Assembly (NCBI GenBank): GCA_009914755.4
Contig: CP068257.2
Span: 21,376,001-21,440,000 of the forward strand
Direction of reading: 5' to 3'
Origin: the human T2T-CHM13v2.0 reference genome, Homo sapiens
DNA length: 64,000 nucleotides
The translations under genes were made by a program, and so were the position numbers. Shown piece by piece: positions 39,381-54,402 of the stretch. Position 1 is the first letter of the stretch, and each line of letters starts with the position of its first letter. The notes beneath the pieces were generated by a model. That model did not search any database and was not told the DNA's origin. It saw only the letters and a list, made by a program, of their open reading frames with translations.

Positions 39381-40924
39381 AGTACCTAGAAGTTGTGTGC
39401 TGCTCTAACAAATTAAAACAAAAAAAAAACTATGAAAGTGGCTTTGGAATTGAAAAATGGCCTGAGGCTGGAAAATTTTGATGATCGTGCTAGAAAAAGC
39501 TTAGATGGGCTTGTATTGACTGGTAGTTGAAATACAATCATTTAAGACTTTGCTGGTGAAACTTCAGAAGAAACTGATGATCATGGCACAGAAATCATAT
39601 GTCACCTTAGAGAATTGCTAAATTATTTTCTGCAGACTATGGTTAAAAATATGGACCTTAAAGGTATTGCTATTGAGGGCTCAGTGAGAAATGAGAAATA
39701 TGTTATTGGAAACAGGAGGAAAGGAGGTACTTGCTATATAGCGGCAGAAAGCTCAGTGGGATAGTGTCCTACAATTATGCCGAGAGCAAACTTTGTAAAA
39801 GAAGAACTTGAATAGTTAGCTGAAGAGATTTCCAAAGAAAATGTTAAAGCTGTGATCTGGTTGCTTCTTGGTGCTTATAGTAAAATGTGGGAGAAAAGAC
39901 ATACACTGAGGGAAGAATTATGAAGTAGAAAGAACCAAAACTTGATTATTTGAGAAATTCTGAGCCTATTCAGATTGCAAAAGATGCTAAATTTAGAGGT
40001 TCACTGTCAAGAAAGCATACTTTAAAACTAGCATTTGACTGGAAAGCTTTTTGTAAGTGCCTAAGAAGAAACTAATAGTTACAGTGTTATTCACATAGAA
40101 GTCTCTTGAAAGATATTAGTGAATCAGAGACTAGCACAGCTATCTGGAAGAAGACAGGAAGAGAAACAAATCATTCAGAAAATATCTGTGTGATAGTATC
40201 TTGACTAACAGAGCGAATTCCCATGACATATACAGGAGACTTACAAGGGTTTTAACAAATTTTTACCAGCAGAAACTCTACCAGCTGAGATAGAAAGAGA
40301 CTGAGAAAGGAAGAAATAATAAGAGAATGTTGGTCCCAAAATTCTACAAGCACAAAATGGATATTACTTAGCTGAGAACATGTCCTGCATTTCTTAAAAA
40401 GAAGAGGTGGCTCCAATGGCAGAGCTATCATCCTCTGAGCAAGTAGAGCCAGGAATCAAAGAACATTATTACTAGGTCTTGAGACCTTGTGTCATTTGCC
40501 CAACTGGATTTAAAAATTTTGGACTGTTGAATATTTGTTTTTCTTTCATTTTCTCACATTTTAAAAGGAAATATATATAACTGCTATTTTATCCTCAACT
40601 ACTATTGCATGTTGGGAACAGATAACTTGTTTTCTAGTATCACAAGCCCACTGATGGGATTAATTACATCCAGAGCTTTATTCATACCTGATTTAGATGA
40701 TTTAGAGAGTAAGATTTGAGACTTTGAGCTGAACACACATAGATGAGATTTTGGATTTAAATTTATTCATTAATTGGTTGAAAATTTGGAGATGTTGCTG
40801 TGGGGTGATTGCATTTTGCAAGTGGGATGGAACTGAATCTTTGGAGTCCAAAGAGTGGAGTACCATAAGCAGAATAATGGCCTCTCATTGATACCCATGT
40901 TCTAAACTCTGGAACCTGTGAATA

Positions 40925-41310
40925 CGTTATCTGTCTTACATGGCAAAAGTAACTTTTCAGAAGTGGCTAAATTAAAGATCTTGAGATAGGGATTATCCTA
41001 AATTATTCTGGATTACCCTGTAATTACAAGGGTCCTTATAAGTGAAATAGGAAGGCAGACCATTCAATCTTAGGGTGAGTTAGTAAGAGAAAGACTGGAT
41101 CAGCCATTTATGGCTTTGAAGATTCAATGGGGCCATAAGCCAAAGAATATAAGCAGCTTTTAGAAGGTGGAAATGTCAAGACAATTGATTCCCCTTAGAG
41201 GATCTAGAAAGAAATGCAGCTGTTCTGACATTTGGATTGACATTTTGATTTTGGCCCATTGAATTAAATTTCTGATTTTTGACCTTCAGAAATGTGAGAT
41301 AATGATGTCA
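40925..41310 (+). mobile_element. MaLR-type LTR fragment (sense), 3'-truncated
   Basis: '...gatagggattatcctaaattattctggattaccctgtaattacaagggtccttataagtgaaataggaaggcagaccattcaatcttaggg...gaagattcaatggggccataagccaaagaatataagcagcttttagaaggtggaaatgtcaag...gatctagaaagaaatgcagctgttctgacatttggattgacattttgattttggcccattgaattaaatttctgatttttgaccttcagaaatgtgagataat'. Confidence 0.45.
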
Positions 41311-41993
41311 GAGATGCAGATATACCAGAGACTATTTATAGAGAATCATCTTCCAATGAGATTTCCAATCAGTGTTGAACATGCTTCCTTGTTTCCTGTT
41401 GTTGCTTATAGTAGTGTCAGAGGAGGGAGATAAAACAAAGGAAGGACTGGTAAACAAAATATTAACACTTGATGGTTTTGAACATTTCTAGTGTTTTCAT
41501 TTCACAAAGGATGATAACTTTCTGAGGAAAGATAAAGTTACACATACTCCTAGGAAAACACAGACCAAAGATAAAGCTGAAGATGTGACTAAAACATCTT
41601 TGGTGGAGACCTCAGAAAAATCAAGGTTGTATATCAGACAAAAGGCCTTCTAAAGAGATAAAATGTGTGCCTCATATTTCCTTACAGTCAAACAGTAGAG
41701 CTTTTAAGAACCATAAGGTCACTGTCCCTCAGCCTTCCCAGATGAAATGCAAAGTAAAGAAGGTCTCATCCCCAAGAGATCATGAACATGGATTTTATCT
41801 AATGGTACAGATCTTAATAAGATTTACACACTTTTTAAAGGAATTCCAGATTGAGATATGATACCGTATTGAACTGAAAAGGACAAAGATAACACAACAT
41901 GAAAAGAGGGCTTTTGTCCCACAAAATTCTATCAGCAGCAAGTGAGTGAAAAGCAGCCCATGATACCTTTCATTAAAAAGGAAGGAGGACTCT

Positions 41994-42450
<457 letters not shown>

Positions 42451-44625
42451 CTATGCCAATCACATCATTATACATTGGGTGCATTAAGAGCAGACAACTG
42501 GTCACGTTAGTTTCAGAGATGAAGAAAAACTGTATTCATGGGGTTGTACTTAAGAAATCATACCCAAGGAGCCTCATTCACTTCTGTACTGAGTGTAGAT
42601 ATAGATCCGGACTTGAGCTGATGCTCTAATGGGATAAGACATTAGGAGGCCCTTTATGAGGAGGTAATTGTATTTCATTTATGGGAGAAACATATAATTG
42701 AAAGCAGGAAGGACCGGAATAAGAAGCCTCCAATATAGCCTCCAAAGTTTCCTTTCAAGGCATTCACATCTTTAAAGAGTCCCCTCTCATATTTTACCAG
42801 GGTTTGTCAATGTGCTAAATAGCACGTGGCAGAATATTGCTCGTCTTCTCTCTCTCTCTTCCTCTCTCTGTAGTTTTCTATCTCTCATTACTCTTTCTAG
42901 TAGAAATGAGCTGTCATTTTTGGAGCAGCTGTATGAATAGGATCATATGCTGGTGAGTAACTAACATTTTCAGGCACAGCTTGTGAAACTGTGGCCTGCC
43001 AGCCCTCAGGTGGGTGATCATGGAAGCAGATTCTGAAGCTGCAGTTAGATCTTGAGATCCTTGCTGCTCCAGAGGAGAGCTGAGATCTTTTTACAAGCGC
43101 TGAGCTAAAACCAGACAGCTCAGCTGCTGCTAGATTCCTTCAGAAATTGGGTGAGATAATAGTTTCATGGCAATTTCCTAAGCAGTAATATAATACTTAC
43201 CCAGTTTTGTTTTTGTTTTTTTTCAAATTAGCTTACTTTGAAACAACGACTATCACTTTAAGATATAGGTAATCTCAGTCTTATAGAAAAGGTAAAATTC
43301 AATATCTTTTTAAATGATAATATTAAATATGATAAATATGTTAAATGAATAAAATTTAGGGCAAAACTCAATCCAATGTGCAGCATATTTTTAAAAAGAT
43401 AATGTGTAAAATTCACTCTAAATAGCTGTGAATGCCTTCTGCTTATACTTTTTATTTGCAAGCATTTATTTTGTACTGCTGATTTTGTTCTTCAACTGTG
43501 AATTAAAAAGTAAATAAACAGTAAACTGCTGACTACATGAAACATTACAAATATGACGTCTTTCTGCCCTTGCCTCAAAAAGCGGTAAAATATACCTAGT
43601 TTTCTGAACATATTTTCTATTCCTAGTTTGAATTTTAAAGAAAAAGATAAATTTACATGAAATAACAAATCATAATAAAAATTAATAGTTTTAATTAATT
43701 GGAAAATGCAGTCTGGAACATAAAAATAGAATGACTATTTTATTATAATTTATCATACAGTTATACTACAAAGAAAAAGCAACAGCGTTAATTTTAAAAA
43801 GGCACTTTTTCTCTGTGATAATTTATTTGAGTATCCTTATTCTTGAGTATAACTTTTTAAATGTGCAATTTACAAAGCTCTGCAAAATGCCTCATTTATA
43901 CAGGCTCATGCAAAGCTCTGGATAATTGTTAAGCAAGATTCTTCTATTTTCATTACCAGATATCAATTCCTTTGTCTATTTGATGCCATAGTTTCATTAA
44001 AGCTGTTTTTACTGCATCTTAAATTCACTACAATGCAATTCAGTTGTCTCATTTAAGATAGAAAAAGTATGATCTGGAAATACTTAAGTGACTTACTGGA
44101 GCAAAATGCTATTTACTGTCAGAAGAAAAATTTGAATTGTCATTACTTAAGTTTAAAACTTTTGCTTTTAAAAGTTATTCAGTAACTTAGCCACTTCTTT
44201 ACACATATCCATACTTTTTTAGATATCCTATTTCAATAATTCTTGATTGCTCTAAAATATTGTCATTGCTTTGTAGTTTCTTGTATCTTAAACAATAATA
44301 CTAATACACTTTATAATTGACACATGTAAAAAATACGAATCAGAAAGCAATTAAAAAGAATGGAATCATTAAGTCTCCATCATTTAAAATTATGTTTTCT
44401 GTGTTTTTCATTTTTAAGTTTCTTTATTAATGTGGAAAAGCTTTGATTTCTTCTTTTGTTTATATTTCAAAAGATTTTTTTTGCAAAGTAAAATATCGAT
44501 ATGTATTCTGATTTTACATGTGCTATAGTTTCTATATTTAATAATTAAATAATGAGGAATATGTTACAATTCTAATGTTTTCACCATATTCTTACTAAAT
44601 ATCTTCCACCTGTATATATATGTAA

Positions 44626-44929
<304 letters not shown>

Positions 44930-47924
44930 CACCTGTATATTTTTAATTACATGTAACTTAATTGCCTGAAATAACGGTTGTATCTTATTGTACATCCTTA
45001 TATACAATCAGGTTCTTATTTTTCTTAGTCTCTTACTTTCTTGCCGATGCCTGCTCCAAATATAAGTTTTAAAAATACATGTGATGTCTTAAAAATAATT
45101 TTATTTTGGCAATACCAAGACCTACTCCAAGTCTTTGTTGTTGTCCTAGGTGTTTTTTTTTTTTTTTTTGTATAAGTTTCTCTATTTACTTTTTCCATTT
45201 TATTTTTGAATTACCTTCAGGATTAAAATGAAACGATTTGAATAACTTTATCACAGGCCATGAGAACTTAATGTGAGGCTCCTGTGGATCTGAATGGGCA
45301 CTCCTCCCACCCACCTAGTTTGCGGGTCCAGTATAGATAGAGACTGTAAGACAGATGTGTCCCTCCCTGCATCTCTCTGCTTGAGGGTGTGTTTTAGCCA
45401 CTAGAATGTAGTCAGATGTTCCTGCCTGCCGCATGTGCAGAGTTTTTAATGCCTAGGAGTGTCCTTAAAGGGATGCGGTTTTTGAGCTGGTAGATTAATA
45501 GCCCAGCTTCTTTTCTGTAAAGAGTATAATAGTGGTATCGAGTTCCAGTTTTTCGTGAAGACAACTTGCCAGTTATGAAACTCTATGGGTTTTCCTCCCT
45601 TCCTGCATCATTTTCAGACTCCCTGCATATTTCTTGGAATAACTTCTCAAATAAAAATCTTAAACACCAATTGTTGTGTCAGGTTCTACATTCGGAAGAT
45701 CTTAAACTAGGACAACTAATATGCTTCAAACTTCCAATGATAATGTATAGACAAGAAGACAGCTCTGTCCTCTAGGCTGTGCTTTTAGTGCCAACTTTCT
45801 TAATAACATCACCTATTCTGCTGACACTCACTCTGGAGGAATAAAACTTTAGAGCCCCTGGCTAAACAGGATCTGAGAGGAAGGTAAAAGATCAAGGAGA
45901 CAGAATCATTATGTCGGCATGGCAATGCGGTAGCTTGGAAACCTTTAAATGTTTTAGCCTGGGAAAATGTATTTTGAATCATCAACTAATTTTGGAGTAT
46001 TTACTCAAATGTAGAGAATAAAATGTTTTCTATTTATATGAGGACATAGAAGGGAATTCACCAGAATTTCAGGATTTGTTTGAAAGTGAAGGGGATTTTT
46101 TTGTTAATTAGAACTGAGAGTTCAAAACAGCTCCTTTCCTGAGTGGTCTCTGAGAATCAAGTAGACCACAATTATCTGTTTTGGAAATTTTCTCTTGGGT
46201 AACTTGAAGAGTTCATCTAGAACACATCTTCCTTCAAATCTATAAAACATTGTAATTTTTAATGTGTGTATATTATCAACTATAGTAAATTTAAGAAATA
46301 TATTACCTTAATATCTGCAAATTAAATAGTGACTGACTCATGGTTCCAACTTTCTATCCAAAGCAACTTTCATGTGCATTTCATGAGTTCATCATTTTGC
46401 AGTAATATCATACTGTGTAAATTGAGATTAAAGTGTCTAAACTAAGCCAAGTACTTATATTTATGCAGCTTTAATGCTATCTGTGCTTTAAGATTGTCGT
46501 GAAAAGGCAACATGATTATCATTATGCCTGTCATACCTATTATTGTCATCATTATTAGTTTTAGCTCAGTAGTTCCACATTTATTTAGTTTCTTGCAATA
46601 TTTTGTTTCTTAAAGGCATACCATCTATGCTGTCAATCCTACATACAAATAGTGATTTTATGCCAATTTTAGCATTTAGCTGTATAAATCAATGTGTTCC
46701 TAGTGTCTTTTTTAAAAAAAAAATCTACCTTTCCTCAGCCCCCTGCCAAGAAGCCTCACTTGCATTGGAATGGAAGTAATAGCCCACATTTAATATTAAA
46801 AATGAAGCAACTTATATAGTTTTAAAAACTTATATTTGAGGAATAGAATAAATTAAAATCAAATGTATTTTAATTCAAATTCAAAGAATGATTTCTAGCA
46901 TTCAGCTTTAAAAAACCATTTATGAAAATATCTTTAATCTTGTAAAGAAATATTAATTATAGAATCACTGAACCCTTTGAAAGCTGATTTATTTTGCTTT
47001 CCTCTTTATAAGTTAGCTTTCAGAGAACTAATGATTTGAAAATATTAGAATAGTGTAGCATATAAGCTTTTTACCTTTAAAGACATTTAAAGTACTAATT
47101 CTATATTGACCAAATGTTTTCTAAATGTATAGGTCAAGAAAAACATTCAGATAATTTTATTATAAATGATGTGTTAAAGTGGCATTTTGAAAAGTTTACT
47201 ATTATGAAATGAGTATTGATAGATACTGTCATCTTTTAAGAATAGTCATGGATGAGATCATAAATGAATATGTCAAAGTAGTTATAGAATTCCAATAAAA
47301 ACTTCTTTTTCATTAGTTTACTAAATAATGGGAAGAGATTCAATACATGGAAAGTTTCTTATTTTTATGATTTAAATCAAGAATTTCTATAAATATGCAA
47401 ATACACAAATACTATGATTATTTCTTGAAAATCATTTTTCTTTGTTTTGTAGAATAGTTAAAATTCAAGCAAACACCAAATTCAAAATCAAACATTTAAA
47501 TTTTAATAATCTCTTATGGCATTCCATATTTAACTCTCAGAAATTACATCTTTCTACCATGATGAGTTGAAGAATATACTGAAGAAATTTATCTAGGCAG
47601 AATAAAATAATACTGTGTTGCTGGTACTTATTGGGTATCACTTACAAGTAATATATTAGAAATTCATTTTCCACAGACACAAAAGCAAATATACACAAAC
47701 ATGCAGAGATGCTTAAACTCAACAAGATTAAAACTAGAGTAAAACAAAACTTAAACCAAATGGAGCAATTCTTTACATGGTTAATGTGGGAAAAATAAAA
47801 ATACACTCCATATTTTACCTGAAATTTTTCCTACAATATCAATAATAATTATTACTTTTTTCTTTCTCAATATTTTAGTATTTTACACAAAACTAAAAAA
47901 CATACTAGCTAAATTAATGAATAA

Positions 47925-48300
<376 letters not shown>

Positions 48301-49045
48301 GACCAGTTCTAACCATTGTTGACTTTATGGAGAGTGTAAAAATTTTGATTTAAAAAAAATGAGAGCAGTATTTGTCTAATTCAATTTATTTTCCACCCTT
48401 CGCTTTCCCCCTTTGGATAATGGGCTAGGCTGAAATTATGCTTGGAGTTGTTTCAGGAATCTTGAGGCAATGAGAGAAAAGTTAAAGAAACATAGAGATG
48501 TCAATGTGGATCTGAAGTATCACTGGGAAGCCAATCCAACCTAGTGTCTGCCAACCTAGTACTTTCTTGGAGTCACTTGTATGCCTAAATTTTACAAACA
48601 CTTTTACTGCTTAAAGCATTGTAATTAATACATAATGCTTACCTGAATGATACTTTAAAGACAATCATGAGTTATGTTTAAAAGCAAGAGTTATAAATTA
48701 TAACAAAGAAAACATAACAATTACAGTTACGGATTAAATAGGTATATTTTCATTTTTGACAAGAAGCAAAAGGATAAAATAAAGAAAAAGACTGCAATCA
48801 ATGAAAGTAAAAACAGAAAGATAATCATGGTTGTTTAAAGATTAACAAAATGGACAAATCTCTAGCCAGACTGATTAGGAGTAGAGAGAGACTGAACAAA
48901 CTGCCAATGTCAGTAATGAAAATGGGGTATCGCTACAGATCCTAGTGACATTAAAGAGATGATAATAAATACAATAAAAATTAATGTTAATAACTTTGAC
49001 AGCTTTGACAAAATGGGTACATACTTTGAATGATAAAAACTGTCA

Positions 49046-49366
<321 letters not shown>

Positions 49367-49594
49367 TCAGTCAAGAAGAAAAGATAATCTGTAAAGTTCT
49401 ATATATATGGGAAAAATTGGATTTTTAAGTTAAATATCTTACCACAAAAGTGAAACCTGAAACCCAAAAAGCATTAATGACAAACTGTACCAAATACTTA
49501 AGGAAATAAAGAGTACCAATTCTATATGGACATTTCCAGAAAACAGAAAAAGAGGCAAGAATTATAATCTGTTGTAAAACCAGGATTACTGTGA

Positions 49595-49945
<351 letters not shown>

Positions 49946-50249
49946 ATAAATGCATTTTTTTAAATTAAAAAAAACTAAATCCAGCAATATGTAAATATGG
50001 CAATGCATTTTCACCAAGTTACATATATAAGAAGCAGCTACTATGCGTAAGGCTGAGATAAAACACCATGAAAGACCACCTCTTTACTCCTAGAGGTGAA
50101 ATCTGGACTTTTTTGGATAGGGCACTGCCATGGATCACTGGAAGGCATGGAGATCTCTTTGGCAACGCACTTCAGGAACTTGCTAGAAATCCACCCTCTC
50201 TGATGCTAGTGAAATTTGGTCATGGGATCAGGTCTCCTCAGAGGTTCTC

Positions 50250-50830
50250 AGCTGCAAAACCCCACAGCAGAGATATCACCTATCAGCAGGTGATAGGAGA
50301 TGGGTCCTTCTGGTCACCAAGCACTGCAAAACTCTAATGCAAGGGGAGCTGCATATGCTGCAAAAGCATGGTTCTGGAAATACCATCTGTGTTATAGAAC
50401 CTGGGCATTAGAGAAACTGCACATGCTAGGGTCTTGGTGCTAGAAACTCACTATTTTTGCCGCAGGACTCTAGCGTGAGAGAATCTGTACATTCTATATA
50501 GCTTGGTACTGGAAATGTCATCCATACTAAGGTACCCTGGCACAAGAGAAGATGTACATGCTCTAGAACGTTGGTTTTGGAAATGGAAACCTTGCTACTA
50601 CTGGAATTTAGTGCAGTAGAAACTGCATATGTTATAGAAACTTTTCCACAATAAAAGATGTAATTCAGGATCTTGGTGCAAGAGTTACTGTGTATGTTGC
50701 AGAAACCTGGTGCTGGAGAAATTGCCTATGTGCAGTTGCTGAGATCTGATGATCCATTATATATCGCAAGTGCTCAGTGGAAGAAATTAACTATACAATA
50801 GGAGATGGGTGCTGGCACACACTGGAACCT
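50250..50830. repeat. Degenerate tandem array of about 65-73 bp units (about 7 copies), flanked by a 22-bp direct repeat 'ataggagatgggt.c.tgg'
   Basis: Units by eye: 'gagctgcatatgctgcaaaagcatggttctggaaataccatctgtgttatagaacctgggcatta' / 'gagaaactgcacatgctagggtcttggtgctagaaactcactatttttgccgcaggactctagcgtga' / 'gagaatctgtacattctatatagcttggtactggaaatgtcatccatactaaggtaccctggcacaa' / 'gagaagatgtacatgctctagaacgttggttttggaaatggaaaccttgctactactggaatttagtgcagta' / 'gaaactgcatatgttatagaaac...' / '...tactgtgtatgttgcagaaacctggtgctggagaaattgcctatgtgcag'. Shared core: GAGAA.CTG[CT]A[CT]ATG[CT]T ...TTGGT.CT.GAAA. Confidence 0.65.
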
Positions 50831-51841
50831 TCATGTCCTCATTCAATGTCCACCAGTGCTTTTTACTAACAAAGATTAACATCTTAACCACCTTAACAGC
50901 TGGCAAATAGAAAATATTTAAATTGCTGTGATACACTCTCACAGAGAAGAAATGAAAGATGAATATGAGATGGAAGGCAAAATATTGAAAACGGCAATAC
51001 TAGTAGAGAACAACTGCGACAGAACAAAATTAAAATTGCATTTATAAAAAATAAGAAATTTGTGGGAAAAATTTGCTTACAGTCTGAGCAAGTCTTTTAG
51101 CTATAAGTTTAAAGTATTTTTAGATCAACTGCAAAAGGCATAAATAAATTAAAAATACAGTGTTTTCGTGGATTGGGATAGAAATATGTTTAAGCTGTAA
51201 TTCTTTCCAAATTTACCTATGAACACAATACAATCACCCAAAATCATAATATGATTTTGTACAAGTTGTCAAGCTGGTTATTTACAAAAAAAAAAGTAAG
51301 TGGCTCAGCATAGCAAAATAATTTTGAAGTAAACATAACAAAATTGCAGGATTTACGTCATCTGAATGTATAATTTCTTATAAAGTTACAATTAAGGTAG
51401 TGCAGTGCTGGTAAAGAATGGACAAATTGGTCTTTGGAGCAGAAAAGACAGTGCAGAATTAATAATAAACAAACATACAGATAAATAAAATTCTGATATT
51501 AGATTTCACTGAAATTATTATTTTAAATACTGCTAAGAAAAGTAATGACAAGCCACAGACTAGAAGAAAATAATTGCAATACATGTATCTTATGGAGAAC
51601 TTTTATTTAGAATATAAAAAGAGTTCTTAAAACTCAATAATAAGAAGGCACAAGACACTAGTAAAAGGCAAAAAAAATGAATCTTTAAAAATCAATTGGC
51701 AGTTTAATGGGAACAACATTGAATCTGTAAATTACTTTGGGCAGTGTGGCCATTTTCACGATACTGATTCTTCCTATTCATGAGCATGGAAAGTTTTTCC
51801 GTTTAGTTTGTGTCCTCTCTGATTTCCTTGAGCAGTGGTTT

Positions 51842-52105
51842 TTAGTTCTTGAAGAGGTCCTTTACTTCCCTTGTTAACTGTATTCCCAGGTATTTTATTC
51901 TCTTTGTAGCAATTGTGAACGGAAGTTCATCAATGATTTGGCTCTCTGCTTGTCTGTTGTTGGTGTGTAGGAATGCTTGTGATTTTTGCACATTGATTTT
52001 GTATCCTGAGACTTTGCTAAAGATGCTTGTCAGCTTAAGAAGCTTTTGAGCTGAGATGATGGGGTTTCCTAGATATAGGATCATGTCATCTGCAGACAAA
52101 GACAA
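51842..52105 (-). pseudogene. L1 ORF2 reverse-transcriptase remnant (87-aa stop-free stretch, part of the inverted L1 segment)
   Basis: Track ORF '[87 protein letters not shown]' aligns residue-by-residue to the L1 ORF2 region containing the FADD (YXDD) motif. The rest of ORF2 is disrupted and inverted, so it is non-functional. Confidence 0.85.
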
Positions 52106-52595
52106 TTTGACTTTCTCTCTTTCTATTTAAATATCCTTTATTTCCTTCTCTTGTCTGATTGCCCTGGATGGAACTTCCAATACTATGTTGAATAGGATTG
52201 GTGAGAGTGGGCATTCTTGTCTTGTGCCAGTTTTCAAGGGGACTGTGTCCAATTTTTGCCCATTCAGTCTGATATTGGCTGTGGGTTTGTTATTATTTTA
52301 AGGTATGTTCCTTTTCAATACCTAGTTTATTGAGAGTTTTTAATATGAAACAATGTTGAATCTTATTGAAGGTCTTTTCTCCATCTATTGAGATGATCAT
52401 TTGGTTTTTGTCTAGTTCTGTTTATGTGACGAATTACGTTTATTGATTTGTGTACGTTGAATCAGCCTTGCATCTTGGGAATGAAGCTGACTTGATCATG
52501 GTGGATAAGTTTTTGATGTGCTGCTGGATTCAACTTGCCAGTATTTTATTGAGGATTTTTACATCTATGTTCATCAGGTATATTGACCTGAAGTT

Positions 52596-52611
52596 TTCTT
52601 TTTTCTTTCCT

Positions 52612-52671
<60 letters not shown>

Positions 52672-52682
52672 TTTTTTTTTTT
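52596..52682. repeat. (TTTC)n microsatellite of about 20 units plus poly-T, expanded inside the inverted L1 segment
   Basis: 'ttttcttttttctttccttctttctttctttctttctttc...tttcttttttttttttttg'. The corresponding L1 antisense site is only 'aaattctcttttttggttgtgtctctgcc'. Confidence 0.95.
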
Positions 52683-53887
52683 GTATCTCTGCCAGGTTTT
52701 GGTATCAGGAAGATATAGAACCAAAAAAGAGCCTATGTAACCAAGACAATCGTAAGCAAAAAGAACAAAGCTGGAGGCATTAGGCTACCCAACTTCAAAC
52801 TATACTACAAGGCTACAGTAACCAAAACAGTATGGCACTGGTACAAAAACAGACACATAGACCAATGGAGCAGAATAGAGAACTCAGAAATAAGACCACA
52901 CATCTACAACCATCTGCTCTTCAACAAACCTGACAAAAACAAGCAGTGGGGAAAGTGTTCCCTGTTTAATAAATGGTGCTGGGAGAACTGGCTAGCCATA
53001 GGCAGAAAATTAAAACTGGACCCCTTCCTTACATCTTATACAAAAATTAACTCAAGATACATTAAAGACTTAAATGTAAAACTCAAAACTATAAAAACCC
53101 TAGAGGAAAATTTAGGCAATACCATTCAAGACATAGGCATGAGCCAAGACTTCATGAAAAAGACATCAAAAGCAATTGCAACAAAAGCAAAAATTGACAA
53201 ATGGGGTCTAATTAAACTAAAGAGCTTCTGTACAGCAAAATAAATTGTCATCAGAACAAACAGACAACCTACAGTATGAGAGAAAGTTTTGGCAATCTAT
53301 CCATCTGACGAAAGTTTAATATCCAGAGACTACAAGGAACATAAATAAATTTGCAAGAATAAAACAAATAACCCCATTAAAAGTGGGTGAAGGACATGAA
53401 CAGACATTTTTCCTAAGAAGACATTTATGTGGCCAACAAACATGATAAAAAGCTCGACATCACTGATCGCTAGAGAAATACAAATCAAAACCACAATGAG
53501 ATATCATCTCATGCCAGTCAGAATGGTTATTATTAAAAAGTCAAGAAACAACAGATGGTAGTGAGGTTGTGGAGAAACAGGAACACTTTTACACTGTTGG
53601 TGGGAATGTAAAGTAGTTCAACCATTGTGGAAGACAGTGTGTGATTCCTCAAAGACCTAGAACCAGAAATACCATTTGATCCAGCAATCCAATTACTTAG
53701 TATATGCCCAAAAGACTATAAATCATACAACTATAAAGATACATGCACATATATGTTCATTGCATCACTATTCACAATAGGAAAGTCATGGAATCAACCC
53801 AAAAGCCTATTAATGATTGACTGGATAAAGAAAATATGGTACATATACACCATATAATACTATGCAGCCATAAAAACGAAAAAGATC

Positions 53888-54106
53888 ATGTTCTTTGCAG
53901 AGACATGGGTAAAGCTGGAAGCCATTGTCCTCAGCAAACTAACACAGGAACAGAAAACCAGACACCACATATTCTTACTTATAAGTGGGAGCTGTACAAT
54001 AAGAACATACAGACACAGGGAGTGGAACAACATACATTGGGGCCTGTCACTTGGGTTAGGGGAAGAGAGAGCATCAGAAAAAATAGCTAATACATGCTGG
54101 GCTTAA
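53888..54106 (+). pseudogene. L1 ORF2 C-terminal remnant
   Basis: Track ORF 'MFFAETWVKLEAIVLSKLTQEQKTRHHIFLLISGSCTIRTYRHREWNNIHWGLSLG...' corresponds to the L1 ORF2 C-terminus 'MSFVGTWMKLETIILSKLSQGQKTKHRMFSLIGGN...TLGHR.GNITH.GL..G'. Confidence 0.8.
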
Positions 54107-54116
54107 TACCTAGATG

Positions 54117-54402
54117 GGCCGGGCACGGTGGCTCACGCCTGTTATCCCAACACTTTGGGAGGCTGAGGCGGGAGGAGCACGAGGTCAGGAGATCAAGACC
54201 ATCCTGGCTAACACGGTGAAACCCCGTCCAAAAAATTAGCCAGGCGTGGTGGGTGCCTGTAGTCCCAGCTACTCAGGAGGCTGAGGCAAGAGAATGGCGT
54301 GAACCCAGAAGGCGGAGTTTGCAGTGAGCCGAGATCGCGCCACTCCACTCCAGCCTGAGCGACAGAGCGAGACTCTGTCTCAAAAAAAAAAAACAAAAAA
54401 AA
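54117..54402 (+). mobile_element. Alu SINE nested in the L1 3'UTR, with TSD '(a)cctagatg'
   Basis: 'ggccgggcacggtggctcacgcctgttatcccaacactttgggaggctgaggcgggaggagcacgaggtcaggagatcaagaccatcctggctaacacggtgaaaccccgtccaaaaaattagccaggcgtggtgggtgcctgtagtcccagctactcaggaggctgaggcaagagaatggcgtgaacccagaaggcggagtttgcagtgagccgagatcgcgccactccactccagcctgagcgacagagcgagactctgtctcaaaaaaaaaaacaaaaaaaaa'. 'acctagatg' is present at 54108-54116 and 54402-54410. This Alu has a small internal deletion in the linker. Confidence 0.95.

Larger units (their letters stand above)
51699..52716 (-). mobile_element. L1P (primate L1) ORF2 RT-domain segment, antisense. It is the inverted 5' part of a single twin-primed L1 insertion.
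   Basis: Antisense L1: 'cagtttaatgggaacaacattgaatctgtaaattactttgggcagtgtggccattttcacgatactgattcttcc...gatcatgtcatctgcagacaaagacaatttgac...ccaatactatgttgaataggattggtgagagtgggcattcttgtcttgtgccagttttcaagg...tgctgctggattcaacttgccagtattttattgaggatttttacatctatgttcatcaggtatattgacctgaag...tctctgccaggttttggtatcagg'. Translation of the minus strand gives '[85 protein letters not shown]'. This corresponds to L1 ORF2 '[85 protein letters not shown]'. Confidence 0.88.
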
